63,658 bases of DNA, from assembly GCF_001194135.2 (NCBI RefSeq), contig NC_068989.1, positions 38,771,543 through 38,835,200 of the forward strand, written 5' to 3'. Within the stretch, counting starts at the first letter, position 1, and the number at the start of each line of letters is the position of its first letter. A program made the position numbers and the translations under genes. The notes under the pieces were generated by a model. That model did no database searches. It was not told the DNA's origin and saw nothing but the letters and a program-made list of their open reading frames with translations. Positions 41,432-54,290 of the stretch are shown piece by piece. The DNA comes from Octopus bimaculoides (Eukaryota).

Positions 41432-41949
41432 CTCTAATGATAATGATGACGATTTCTTTCAGGAAAATGATTACGTATTTTCATTGGATATTCAGTACAT
41501 TTGTAAAGCTAGAAGTTAAGTCAATTCAGGAAGCCCAATTATATTATCAATATTGTTTTTTAATCAATACAGTAAAATTTTAACCTGGAATGTCAAGGGA
41601 GATAACTAAATAATACAAATCAACACTCGACTAATTGTGCCATTCTGATGTCTGCTTATGACTGCTTAGTTTAATAAAGTTTTGAGAGGGAAATAAAAAA
41701 TTCAGATTTTTTTAGAAAGCTTTGATTGATTTTTAAAATCTAAACAGAGGAGAACGATGAAAATGATAACAAAGAAAATATGGGTCATTCCTTTTCTAAA
41801 ATATAGGGTAGGGTGGAATACTTAAATAGAACATAGAACTGAGTAGTTCAGACAAATAAAAGAAAGTTATTTTAATTATATGCTGCCTTTCTGTTCAAAT
41901 TTGTAGCATTGATGTTGTATTTTATAGTAGCTGGGAGGGAAAATATGTG

Positions 41950-42600
41950 AATAACTGCAAATATTGTAAAAAAGTCAGAAGGAAATTGTTTGAATAGACA
42001 TGCAAAAACTTTGCAGGAAAATGTTATTGAAAGGGTAAAAAGAGGTATTGATGCTGAGACAGTAAAGGAAGCTTTGGTTTTGAGGAGAAAATAAATGTAG
42101 AAACAGAGAAGGAATGAGAGAACAAAGGGATGTTCAAGAAAGATATTTCCAAGGAAATTCTCAAAAGATATCTTGGCAATGGCTCGTGAAAAGCAACCTC
42201 AAACCCAAGATAAAGACATTGAGCCGTGTAGCCCAGGAGTAAGGTATTTTGAACAACTGAAACTTCAAAGAAAGGTGAGAGTAGCTGCTTTTTTTCATGT
42301 TAAAACTTTGTGGGAAAAGACAGTTCAAAGAAATAGCATCTCATATCAAAATCCTGCAACTTGAATTGTTCATTGGAAGCTAAGTGGAACCTATTGATTG
42401 GATGAAAAGAAGATGGCATTCCTATGAACATAATCCAGAAGTTATTATCAAGAACATTGAGACTTAGAAGATTTTTTACCATCCATATGATTATGTAACA
42501 TCTAACCGTAGATAAAGAGGAAAAGAAATGCCCTGCTATAATCCTAGGTGTTTCTTATGATAAAGGTTGAAAACTAAATTAGACATAATATATGGACTGA
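41950..42600 (+). mobile_element. Decayed 3' fragment of another restriction-like-endonuclease LINE (R4/Dong-like)
   Basis: Frame at about 42164-42240 reads KISWQWLVKSNLKPKIKTLSRVAQE*, matching the W.WL...LK..TE..i.AAQEQ motif that precedes the zinc knuckle. Followed by IHWKL / HNPEVI-like relics. Confidence 0.6.
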
Positions 42601-42669
42601 GCTGAAAATAAGAGTTAAAAATAAATCATTATCAATAAAAGTAGAAACCATTACAGTTGTAAGAAAAAT

Positions 42670-43020
42670 TCTGTCTATGTAAATGCTAAAACTGGACTTA
42701 AATTTACATACACTGTATAAAGGTTAAAAAGATGCATGTGTTTATATAAGCTTACAGCAAATTAAAACAGGACAGAAGTTTGCTTAAATAAATTTGCATC
42801 AGCTTGCTCAAAGTTCAAAATAGGACATAAATTTACATAATCTTATTTAAAGTTAAAGTAGGACGCAAATTTACATATGCCTACTTGACAGTTGAAATAA
42901 GAAAACAATATCAACTTAAATAATGGTTAAAATAGGACACAAGTTTACATAAAGGTTATGCTAGGACATATATTTGCACCAGCTTACATAATAGGTTAAA
43001 CGTTTACATAGGCTTATGAA
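42670..43020. repeat. Degenerate minisatellite, unit about 35-40 bp
   Basis: Recurrent aaagttaaaataggacataaatttacat-like units, roughly 8-9 copies. Confidence 0.7.
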
Positions 43021-43422
43021 ACATGTGAGGAAAATAAATAAGTTATGAAAATTTTCCCGCAGCATTCTAAATATAGTTTTTTTTAAAATAGGGTTATCAA
43101 AGAAAACTGCAAATTTATAGAAGAACGGAGTTGATAGAATCAGCCTCAATATATGTCAAGCACTTTCATCATCCTTTTTTTAGATTCTTCGCTAAATACA
43201 GATATGTTATTCAGCAATGTTATTTTGCATTCTAAATTCTGTTGTGGTTTAGTTTGACTTCCATCCCTTTTAGATAATTAAAATAAATACTATGAATTGT
43301 TTCAGTCAATTAGCCCTTACATGTATGGCCTTGTACCAAATGTACTATTGTTTTAATCTGAGCTAGATCAACTTGATAATGCTGGTGATGGTTAATATTT
43401 TAAAGATACTTCAGTTATTAAT

Positions 43423-43481
<59 letters not shown>

Positions 43482-44665
43482 TCTTCTTCACATTATTCTG
43501 TAAATATATTAGCAACAGATATCTAAGAAAACTTATCTCACAATGCTTTTTAGTTTCTGCTATAACATAATAGCATGCTTCATAACTATTAATCAGACAG
43601 TGTTGCTAACATTTTGTTAAGAACACATTTTGGAGAAAATTCTTCAATTTAGAGAAAGCTGTTGCAAACATGATGCCATTTGCATGACATTATGAAACAG
43701 TATTCTTGTAATGATAATGCACATTTTTGCATTCCATATGATCATATTTCCTGTCCATTAGTGTGTAAAGTAGGAATCTATTCTGTTATGCCACATAATG
43801 TAGTGACAATATTACAATAAAAATAACATGCATAGGTGCATCAGTGTGTGTTGGTTTGTGTGTGTCTGTGTGTAGCGAGTGCACTGCAATTGTTAATTTG
43901 AAGTTGAGTATATTTTGGCTTGTGTTGACATGTTTAAGAAATCTAAAGTGATTATGGTTATGATGTAGGAGAAATTTTGGGTGTGAACATACATTTCACA
44001 TGCATACACATTCACATAACACACACACATATTCACATATTTTTACGCACTTATACACACACTTAGATCACATTCATGATCACATTCACATACATAGTGA
44101 CTTCTGCATATTTACACAGAAACATCTACACACATAAACATTCACAAAAAGGCACATACATTCGCATATATTCACATGCATATTTGCACATTCCCTACTT
44201 TTATACACAGAGACATTAAAACACATTTATGCATGCTTTCACCCACACAGTGAATTGCACATGCAAACACTCACACACCTTCTCGCATACATTCATACAT
44301 GGACTCAAGCATAAACCCCTTCTGCGCACACATGCACGCACATGCAAAAATCCTTTCAAAATCAAAAGAAATTCTTGAAACCAATGTAGTTCCAAAGCTG
44401 TTCCATACTGTGACTAAAATACAGGCAGCAAATCAATTTAGTCCAAAATGACAGCAAATATATTTTGATGCTAAAGAAGAAAGTAAATCAAAAGAAATTG
44501 CTCTTTTATTTTCTTCTCGCACAAATAAGAAAATAATATTTCTCTAACTTACTTTGCCTTCTCTCAAAATCTTCACTTTCAGTCTCTATGCAACTCTTTC
44601 TTTTTCTCTCCAGTCCCTCTCCCTCTTTATATATATATATATATATATATATAAATATATATATC

Positions 44666-44709
<44 letters not shown>

Positions 44710-45008
44710 TAGATCGATAGAGAGACCTATCATCTATCTAATTCTCTCTCTCTTTGTTTATCTATCTATCTGTCTATCTATCTATCTATCCCACATTTAC
44801 ACTCATTCATTGTTTCTCATATATTTCTGACATTTTATTTTTAATTCATTTGCTTGTTTTAATGTGCTTCAGTCATAGAATTTACTGAACTGGAAATACT
44901 GTTTTGTTTCATTTTGCAAAACCTTCCCTTATATTATTTCTTCCTTATTTCCCTTACTAGAATTTTCACAGTTTCACACTTGACAAAAATAATTTTTCAA
45001 ACCCAGGA

Positions 45009-45045
<37 letters not shown>

Positions 45046-45419
45046 TATAACAGTGCAAATGACTGCATTTGGCTACATATAAATATCTATAGAGCTGCAT
45101 ATATCTAAATATAACTATATATTTACAACTATGTATAACTATATACTTGTATAAATATAGGAAACTATATATAATTATATATAACTACATGTAGTTATGT
45201 ATCACTATATATAATTTACATTATAACATATAACTACATGCTAGCAAGTGTATCTATACATAAATAAATATACTTACATATTACATATATAACTATGTGT
45301 ATCTACCTACTATACATAACAACATACAGCTACATATTATAAGATGAGACGTTCATGAAATTTGGAGAAATAGAATTGTTTTCTTTCCATAAATATAGCA
45401 CAGCATCTTACAGCCGACA

Positions 45420-45633
45420 ATGTTATTATTAACAGTAGTGTTGTTATTGTTATAGTGGGATTTGAATTCAGAATGTAAAGAATTTGTTCTGACTCTTTAC
45501 TATCTGAGTCTAAATTCTGCCATGGTCAACACTGCTGGGCTCAGTAAATAACTGTCAAGTACTGAGCAGCAGTGGTCAATGGTTTTGACTAATCCATCCC
45601 TCATAATTTCGAGCCTTGTGCTAAATCAGAAAC

Positions 45634-45673
<40 letters not shown>

Positions 45674-46912
45674 TTTATCATCATTATTATTGAATGAGAG
45701 AACAGTGCATGCCATTAAAGTGACACTGGAGTAAAACATACAAAGCCGAGTATACCCATCATGACTACCCATCTGATAAGGGTGCACCAGGCACATGCAT
45801 CACAACCATATGTGCATGAGATGGTGATCTCATATCAAGATAAACAGTGCACGACCTTGTTAACCCTCACTGAAAATTTTCCACATGAAGTTAACTTTGT
45901 ATTCCAGTTTTTCATTGATCTCCTAATAAAATTTGATTTGTTATCAAACACCTGTACCAACACTAGACTTTCTAAAATCCAGGAAAAGAGGAGAGGCATG
46001 TTCTACCCTTTCTTATAATTGATCTATGCCATGCCCACATTATTATGGTAGTGAGCTGACAGAATCATTAACATTCCGGGCATAGCAGCATTTCATCAAT
46101 TTTTACATTCTGAGTTCAAATTCACCCTTTCCGGGTTGATGAAATAACTACCAACTGAACACTAGTGTCAATGTAATCACTTGATCCCTCCACAAAATTG
46201 ATGAACTTGTACCAAAATTTGAATCATCATCATTATTATTATTAAGGTGGCAAGCTGGTGGAATCATTAGCATACTGAGTAAAATTATTGGTGGCATTTC
46301 ATCCATCCTTACCTTTTCAGGTTGACTTTGCATTCAATATTTTGCGATTGATAAAATAAGTACTAGTTGAGCACTGGAGTTGATGTAATCAACAAACTCC
46401 ACTCCTGAACTTGCTGAGTTTTTTTACCAAAATTTGAAATCATCATCATCATTATTATTATTAAGGTGGTGAGCTGGTAAAATCATTACTGATCCAGACA
46501 AAATGATTAACAGTAGCTCTTCTGGCTTTATGTTCTGAGTTCAAGTACTACCAAGGTTGACTTGGCCTTTTATCCCTTAAGGGTCAATAAAATAAGTAAC
46601 ATTTTAGCACTGAGCTCGATGTAATTGACTAGGTCTCCTCCTCCCAAACTTCAGGCCTTATGCCTATAGTAGAAAGTATTATTATTATTATTATTTTCAA
46701 GGCAGTGAGCTGGCAAAATCGTTAGTGCACTGGACAAAATGCTTAGCAGTATTTCACCCGTTGGTATATTCTGAGTTCAAATCCTGCTGCGGTCAACTTT
46801 ACCTTTCATCTTTTTGGGGTTGATAAAATAAATATCAGTTAAACACTGGGGGTCGATGTAATTGACTCATCCCCTCCCACCGAATTGCTGCCCTTGTGGC
46901 AAAATTTGAAAC
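45420..46912 (+). mobile_element. Head-to-tail array of SINE family A copies separated by (ATT)n/(ATC)n
   Basis: Repeated unit ggcggtgagctggcagaatcgttagc...ttctgagttcaaat...gactttgcctttcatcc...ggggtcgatgtaatcgac...ttgtgccaaaatttgaa at about 45470-45635, 46047-46224, 46246-46440, 46465-46678 and 46701-46912. Confidence 0.85.
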
Positions 46913-46920
46913 CATTATTA

Positions 46921-47013
<93 letters not shown>

Positions 47014-47040
47014 ATTGTAGTAGTAGTACTAGTAGTAGTA
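46913..47040. repeat. Compound (ATT)n-(AGT)n microsatellite
   Basis: Direct reading. Other compound tracts: (ACT)n-(CTT)n 43417-43469; (TA)n-(GA)n-(GATA)n 44628-44790. Confidence 0.97.
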
Positions 47041-48739
47041 AAAAACAATAAAATGCTAAAGTGGGAGTCCTCTTAATGGTCATTTGTCATGCTAGATATA
47101 ACAGCTGGTACTCCCTTGAAATATACTCTACCATCTCAAATAAAATTCAAACGAGTTCATAGGGTAGTGTGGTCCTAGATAACCAAAACGTAAAAATAAT
47201 ACAGGCTAGTCATGGCTGGACTATTTTATTTTTATCATAGATCAAAAATATCAAAGCTAGGTTAGGACAAAATATCATCATCAACAAAGATAATATGATG
47301 ATTTCATATGACATTCTGTATGAAATTTGTTTTCTTTACACTTTTGTCATAAAATTTATTGGACCTAAATTGAAAGAAGGAAAGGTACAATCCACCTAAA
47401 TAGGATTATATCAGTTACCAAGTGCAATGAGGAAAAATACAATGAAAAATTTCATCACATTTTCTGACACATAAGGAAGGGCTCCTGTGAAATTCCTTAT
47501 GCACTTATATTATGGGTCATGAGTTTGTACTAATTTGTTTAAGCATGGGATTTTTAGCTATAGTAGTATATTTGCAGAGTAATTAGAACATCAGCTGGAT
47601 TTATTTGTAGTATTTGTATCAACTCAGTCTTCTTAGTTCAAATGTCATCAATGTGAACTTTGTTCATCCTTTTCTTTTTTTTATAAGAGAGAAGAACAAT
47701 AAATAAAGTACCCTTCTTGTACTTGAGTTGTTTCTCAACATTTTTTGTTGCTCTTTTCCTTTTTTTGCTCTCTCTCTTTCTTTTAATTACCTCTCATCCC
47801 AGAAGAAATAAGCTGTGGTCAAATCTGGAGAAGGATTGGCTTTCTCAGATCTAAAATTGCTCAACACACATTGTATGTTATAGCAGCATCCTTATGACAT
47901 CATCAGCAGTTGAGAACTCAGCAGAAAGCTGAGAACCCATAAGAAAGCAAAGAAATATTCTTAAACGCCCATCTTCTAGTTTTTTTTGTTTTTTTTTAAT
48001 GCCTTTTTGCAAAACCTGTTCTTCAGATATTTAGGTTTTTAACATAACCCAGAATCAGCAAAAAAAAAATATATATTTTTATCTTTTTATAGTTTTTAAA
48101 TTCATCAGAGATTGAGAAGGGTTAAAGGATTTACAACTGGTTTCCATCCATTTCTTAAATCTATGCGTTTACAAATATAAAAATTACATTTTGTAAAAAA
48201 TATGAATATACTTTGTTTGAAATTGAAGTGTATCAATATATATTTTGTTTTCAGTGAACAATACATTTTCATCTTTAATAAATTGACACAAAAACATTAA
48301 AAATTTTCTGAGAGTGAAACAGTACAATACTAATGTTTTCATTATTGAATTCACATTACTTTCAAAAGAAATCATTATTTTGGAAACTAATACAGCTATT
48401 ATCAAATATTTGTGTTCTTTATCCATGTAATTAATATATAAATACACTTATAAAAACTATTGGATTAAGATTCCATATTATTGATTTTTTTATGGTTCTT
48501 TAAAAAACAACAAAACAAAGAACTTTTTCTGTTTTTTTAAAAAAGGAAGCAAATTTTTTTTTGTTTGCAGATTTTGAACTTGTGATGTTCAAATGACAAA
48601 AATCTGATAAATTTTTTTTAAAGTAGAAACTCAATGCAAAAACATTAGAGAGGTGGTGGGTTAAAAATTCGTGCATCACTGAATGTGTGAATGTGCCTGC
48701 AAGTTAGCACTTATATAAACAAATTCTCTTGGCACTTAC

Positions 48740-49680
48740 TGGTTATTTATAGAAAAGTATCAGTTGAGCACTTGGATTGATGTAATTGGCTATCCACCTC
48801 TTCCAGAATTTCAGGTATTGTGCCTATAGCAGAAAGAATTAGTTGGCAGAATTGTTAGCACATCAGACAACATGCTTAGTATCATTTCATCTGTCATTTA
48901 AATTCTGAGTTCAAATTCTGCCAAGGTTGACTTTGCCTTTTATCCTTTTGGGTTTGATAAAATAAGTTCCAGTTGAGCACAAATTCTAGGCCTTGTGCCT
49001 ATAGTAGCAAATATTATTTTTGGTCAAAATGCTTTGTAACATCTCTTTCAGCTTTTTACTTACTGAGCTCAAATCCCACTGAGGTCAATTTTGCCTTTCA
49101 ACCTTTCAGAATCAATAAAATAAATATTAATCAAATACTAGGATTAATGTAAAGGACAAACCTCCTCCCTTAAAATTGCTGGTGTTATGCCAAAACCAGA
49201 AAGGATTATAATCATCATCATTATTGGCTCTTTATGTTCTGAGCTCAAATCCCGCCAAGGCCAACTTGGCCTTTCATCATTTCAGGATCAATAATATAAA
49301 GTCTCTTCAAGTATTGGGGTCAGTGTAATCAACCAAACCCCTCTCCTAAAAATTATTGACCTTGTGGCAAATTTTAAATCCTTCTTCTTCTTCTTCTTCT
49401 TCTTCTTCTTCTTCTTCTTCTTCTTCTTCTGTTAGCCTTCTCATGTGTGATTTTCTCAAATTATTATTATTATTATTATTATTTAAAGCAGCGAGCTAGC
49501 AGAATCATTACCATTCTGGGCAAAATGCTTTGCAACATTTCTTCTGGCTTTATGTTCTGAGCTGAAATGTCACCAAGGTTGAATTTGCCTTTCATCCTTT
49601 CAGGATCATTAAAATAAGTATTTGTTGCATACTGGAGTCTCATGTAATTGACTAATCCCACCCACTAAAAAATTTCAGGT
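48740..49680 (+). mobile_element. Second array of SINE family A copies and fragments
   Basis: About five partial copies with the ttctgagttcaaat / ttgcctttcatcc motifs, e.g. 48841-49010 and 49483-49678. Confidence 0.8.
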
Positions 49681-50357
49681 CAGAGGACATTGAGTATCTA
49701 CAATATTTTTTTGTCTTCTCCAAAACTAAGGAGGAGAAAAAGTTATCCACAGACTAAAGAACTGACACACATGAGCCAAGTGATAGTGTTAAACTGTGAT
49801 ACTTTTAGCCTACAGTCAATTCAAAAGAGTTTGCTGCAAGCAGGGCCAGCCGTAGGGCTACTGGTACCCAGGACAAGTTCAATTTTAGGGCCTTAACATG
49901 TATAATCTAAACTTCTTTTCATGGTGGTGGTGGTGGAGACAAAGAGTAAATACTACAAATATAAAAATAATAAAGTTGTTTGTTAATATTTACTAAATGT
50001 AGAATAAAATTATTTTCCCCTTAGTATTTCTTGGAAACATCCTAAACATATGTCATTGTGCCCACAAGTGTGTGGCTTTTGAAATGACTGCTCAGATTAC
50101 TTGTATCTTCAAGTGGCCTTGGCTGCAGTGATGGTATATGAACTATCAGCCTTTTGTTGCTAGACAGCACCACTATTCTGTTAGCCTTCTCATGTGTGAT
50201 TTTCTCAAATATTGTACTTAGACAGTATGTAAAAAAACATTTGTTTTTATTTTATTTATCTTTGAATTGAACTGAATTAAAGCCACTCAGACCAGACTTT
50301 TCATGGGCTATTGATCAAAGATATCCAAACAAGAACTTCCAGCTTTTTTTCTTCAGT

Positions 50358-50520
50358 GGCGCAGGAGTGGCTGTGTGGTAAGTAGCTTGCTTACCAACCA
50401 CATGGTTCTGGGTTCATTTCCAATGCGTGGCACCTTGGGCAAGTGTCTTGTACTATAGTTTCGGGCCGACCAAAGCCTTATGAGTGGATTTGGTAGACGG
50501 AAAACTGAAAGAAGCCCGTC

Positions 50521-50598
<78 letters not shown>

Positions 50599-50815
50599 AT
50601 ATGTTTGTGTGTCTGTGTTTGTCCCCCCAACATCGCTTGACAACCGATACTGGTGTGTTTACATGCATGTAACTTAGTGGTTCGGCAAAAGAGACTGATA
50701 GAATACGTACTAGGTTTCCAAAGAATAAGTCCTGGGGTCGATTTGCTCGACTAAAGGCAGTACTCCAGCATGGTCACAGTCAAATGACTGAAACAAGTAA
50801 AAGAGTAAAAGAGAG
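50358..50815 (+). mobile_element. tRNA-derived SINE (family B), near complete, split by an internal (TA)n/(TG)n tract
   Basis: Head GGCGCAGGAG with A box TGGCTGTGTGG (50368-50378) and B box GGTTCATTTCC (50411-50421), central ggcaccttgggcaagtgtctt, (TA)n at 50521-50590, 3' half ending gtaaaagagtaaaagag. Decayed heads at about 92-215(-), 12820-12970, 23255-23385, 34125-34290, 36440-36590(-), 60570-60700 and 62805-62930. Confidence 0.85.
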
Positions 50816-52399
50816 AGTGGTATGATGGGCTACATTATCCAATGTGGACTTGCTATTTTGCTGTCATACTATATCTAGGACATATATCCCAGTGTTTTCT
50901 TTCTATTTTTCAGTCATAGTTAATCTTGGACTGCTTATCTTATTTGTACTTCCCATTTTTAAGACAGGTGTGATTTAAAGAAAATTTGGCTGCTATTTCA
51001 AGGAGGCCTACCGACTATGTAGAAATTTCTTTGGGGTGGTTATAATGAATGAGGTTTCTTTCTGAAAGCACAGAACAATATACAAAAGACTGAATCATGA
51101 TTTGAACAGAGGACTAATAATAAATTGTGAGATTTTCATAAAGCTTTATGTAAGCATTATGGCACCAGAGTAACAGTGTTGATATGTGAAGAAAGAGTTG
51201 GGTAAGGAAACAAAACTAAAGTTCATAAAGAAAAAATATAACAGTGACAACAACTATAATAACAGATGATAAATGTGATTAGATCAATAGATTCATGAAA
51301 AAATGTCAAATACACAAAAATAGAACCTTGCATAGATTGAACCCACAATCTTTGGTGTCTGACCTTTTTTTCATGAAATTGTATCAATTAGAATCAAATA
51401 TTCTTCAATATCAGCAGAAGAAAGCAGCAAACAGTAATATATAATCTTTAAGACTATTTATTATTATTGAAAATACCAAATATTCAAATTATAGGGGAGA
51501 AAAGACATGGGTGGGGGAAAATTGGCCAAATGTTGTTATAGTTGTTGTTGATGGGTGGAGCAAGTCTAGCAATGGTGAGAGGCTGGCTGTTGTTCGTATC
51601 AGTTACAAGTGTGCATATGTATATGTGTGGTGTCTATTTCTTTGTATGGATGTGTGTGTGTAACCTTTTGTCTCATTCTCTATCACCAACCTCATTTCTT
51701 TTGTTTCTGTGCAATTTTGCAAATTTATTTATTTATTTATTGTTTATAAATGGCCATCTGAAATATGTCCACAAAGTTCCATAACCAACTATTTAAATAC
51801 ATTTTAATATCTGAACATGTTTCAGTCATTTATTTCTTAGTAATATCTCCACCACAACCAATGTTAATAATGATGATGATTATGATGATAATAGTGATAA
51901 TAGTTATAATAATGTGACTATTGTTATTACTACAATATTTAAAAAAAATTTTTTATATTTAATTTTTCATTTTTCATCTAATTTTTTAAATTTTTTTCCC
52001 TTTCAAGTCTTCAATCAACAAATTTAATAATACCGATAAAATACATATTTAAATGGGACGTAATGGATTTGGAAACATTTATGCATGATTATTTTTATTA
52101 TTATTATTATTATTAATATTGTTGCATTTCATTTTATTTATATTTATATTTTTTGTAAATCAATGAGAGGAAAGAGAGGCTGGTACAGATAAGACTAAAT
52201 AGTATGGGGTAGGGGTGGATGAGGTATTAAAAAAGCAAAACAAATATAAAATACATAAAACATTATAGAGATAACAAACTAAAATACACTTGATTAAAGT
52301 CACCTTTGATTTTTCATATCAAACAAGCACAATCAAAAACAACTAAATAAATCTATGCATGTATTTATTCCAAATTTCCATTTTACATTTTTCTAATTG

Positions 52400-52940
52400 A
52401 TATAGATATGTTGTTTTTTCTCTTGTTCTTATTTTGTGTTCATTTTTTTCTTGTGTACTTTTTATTTTTGTTTATATCGTTTTTAGAGAAGTGGTTTTAC
52501 CCTTCTTTTATTTTATTTTCTCTCTCCCTCTCTTTCTATCTATTTCTATCACATCTTTCTATTCTCTTCTTTCTTACTCAGTCACTTCTTCCATTTTCAC
52601 TTTTCTCACTTCACCTCTCTCTCTTCCCTCTCTCACTTTTTCTTATTTTTTCTTCTCAACCTTTCTCTCTTTCTTTCTCTATCCTCCTAATTTCATTCTA
52701 TTCACCTGCCTCCCACTCTATTTTTCTGCTCTCATACTTTCTCCTCACATTTGCCAACTCCTCTGCCTCCTTCTCTCTCATTTTCTCTGTTTTGGAATTT
52801 CATTTCTGTATCTCCTCACATACGTTTTTATTTCTCATAGTCTCCTCCCCTTTTTTCTTTTCACTCTGTCTAGCTATCTTTTCCCTCTTACTCTCTTCCA
52901 GCCTATCTTTCCATTTTAAAAAATTCTCCTTTCTAACTTG
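52400..52940. repeat. CT-rich low-complexity tract (GA-rich counterpart at 54290-54830)
   Basis: Explains the F/L/S-rich spurious ORFs. Confidence 0.9.
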
Positions 52941-53883
52941 ATTTGTTTGTACATATGAATGTCAGTGTATGTTAGTGTCTGATACTGCTGTCACTTTGGT
53001 TGTTGACATCAATTAGAAGCTACAATTAACCACAAGGCTTGACTTCTAATCTGAAATGCTACAATAGGAGAGAAGCAAACCATGAAGAAGAATTTCTACT
53101 GCACTCAGATACTAATCATGTATATCGCAATTGATAAACTGTCAATAAATTATTGTTAAATTTAACAGATACTCACTCTTAAAGTATCAAGAATATAATT
53201 TAATTCAGTAATACAGTGATGATGTTTTATTTTATATATATTTTAATTTATTTTGTTATATATTTTTGTCAGAGTAGTAATTTTTTATAAAGTAAAAAGA
53301 AAAGACATTTTTTAAAGAAAGCATTGCTAAAAGTTTTCAGTATGATGCAATTGATACAGACAACATAATTTTTCTTGTCTCTTTCTTTATCCAGTTACTT
53401 TGTTCTTCTCAATTATCTTGCTTTCATTTGTTCAGGGACAATCTTATTTTTTGTTATAATTCTTTTTTAGTCTTCAATCTAAAACCTTTCTTAAATCCAT
53501 GCAGTTGTAGATTATACCCAATCCATTATCCATTGTCAGAACTAGCAGATGCTACTAGAAACAGCAGCTGAACCTCCCTCATATCATATTTACTCTAAGT
53601 AGGAAGAACACATTGGATACTATAATCCACACAATTTTTGAAAATGAGATATGATGATTGTGATTGCAGTGTATGCCTTAAGAAGTTTGCTCGCTCTGAG
53701 TACACTGCTCATTTGAAGCAGTCAGTCATGAGAATAAACAACAAAAACAGCCATTGTCTTTTCATTCTTAGGAAGTAATATGTTAAAACTAGCACCACCA
53801 ATAAGTAGTTTTATCTGTTCCCATTCTTTAATTGTTTTACTTGCCTTCTCTAAAGTGTTCTCAATATTTTGGGTGGATTAATT

Positions 53884-54290
53884 AAGGTTGTGAGCTGGCT
53901 GAAATATTACTGTACCAGGCAAAAAATACTTAGTGGCATTTCATTCGTCTATACTTACCGAGGTCAGACTCTACAGAAGTCGACTTTGTCTTTTGTCTTT
54001 TTGGGATAGATAAAACAAGTACCAGTTGAACACTGGGGTCGATCTAATTGACCTACTACTCCCCCAAAATTACTGGCCTTGTGCCAAAATTTGAAACTAA
54101 TACTCTGGGTGAATTGGCAGAATCATTACTGCATCTTGCTACACACCTTGTAGTATTTAGTTGTAATTTTTCACCTCTCGAAAATTCCATAGAGGTCAAC
54201 TTTGATTTTTATCCTTCTGGGGTTGATAAAATAAAATACCAGTCAGTTAGAGGGGTCCGTATAATCAACTATACCTCTCTCCAAAATTTA
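53884..54290 (+). mobile_element. Tandem pair of SINE family A
   Basis: Copies at 53884-54095 and 54105-54290. Other single fragments at 15771-15900 and 56110-56270. Confidence 0.75.

Noticed and set aside
45420-49680. Regularly spaced repeats that might suggest a CRISPR-like array
   Set aside because: The units are ~200-bp diverged SINEs with microsatellite spacers in a eukaryotic genome; no cas genes.
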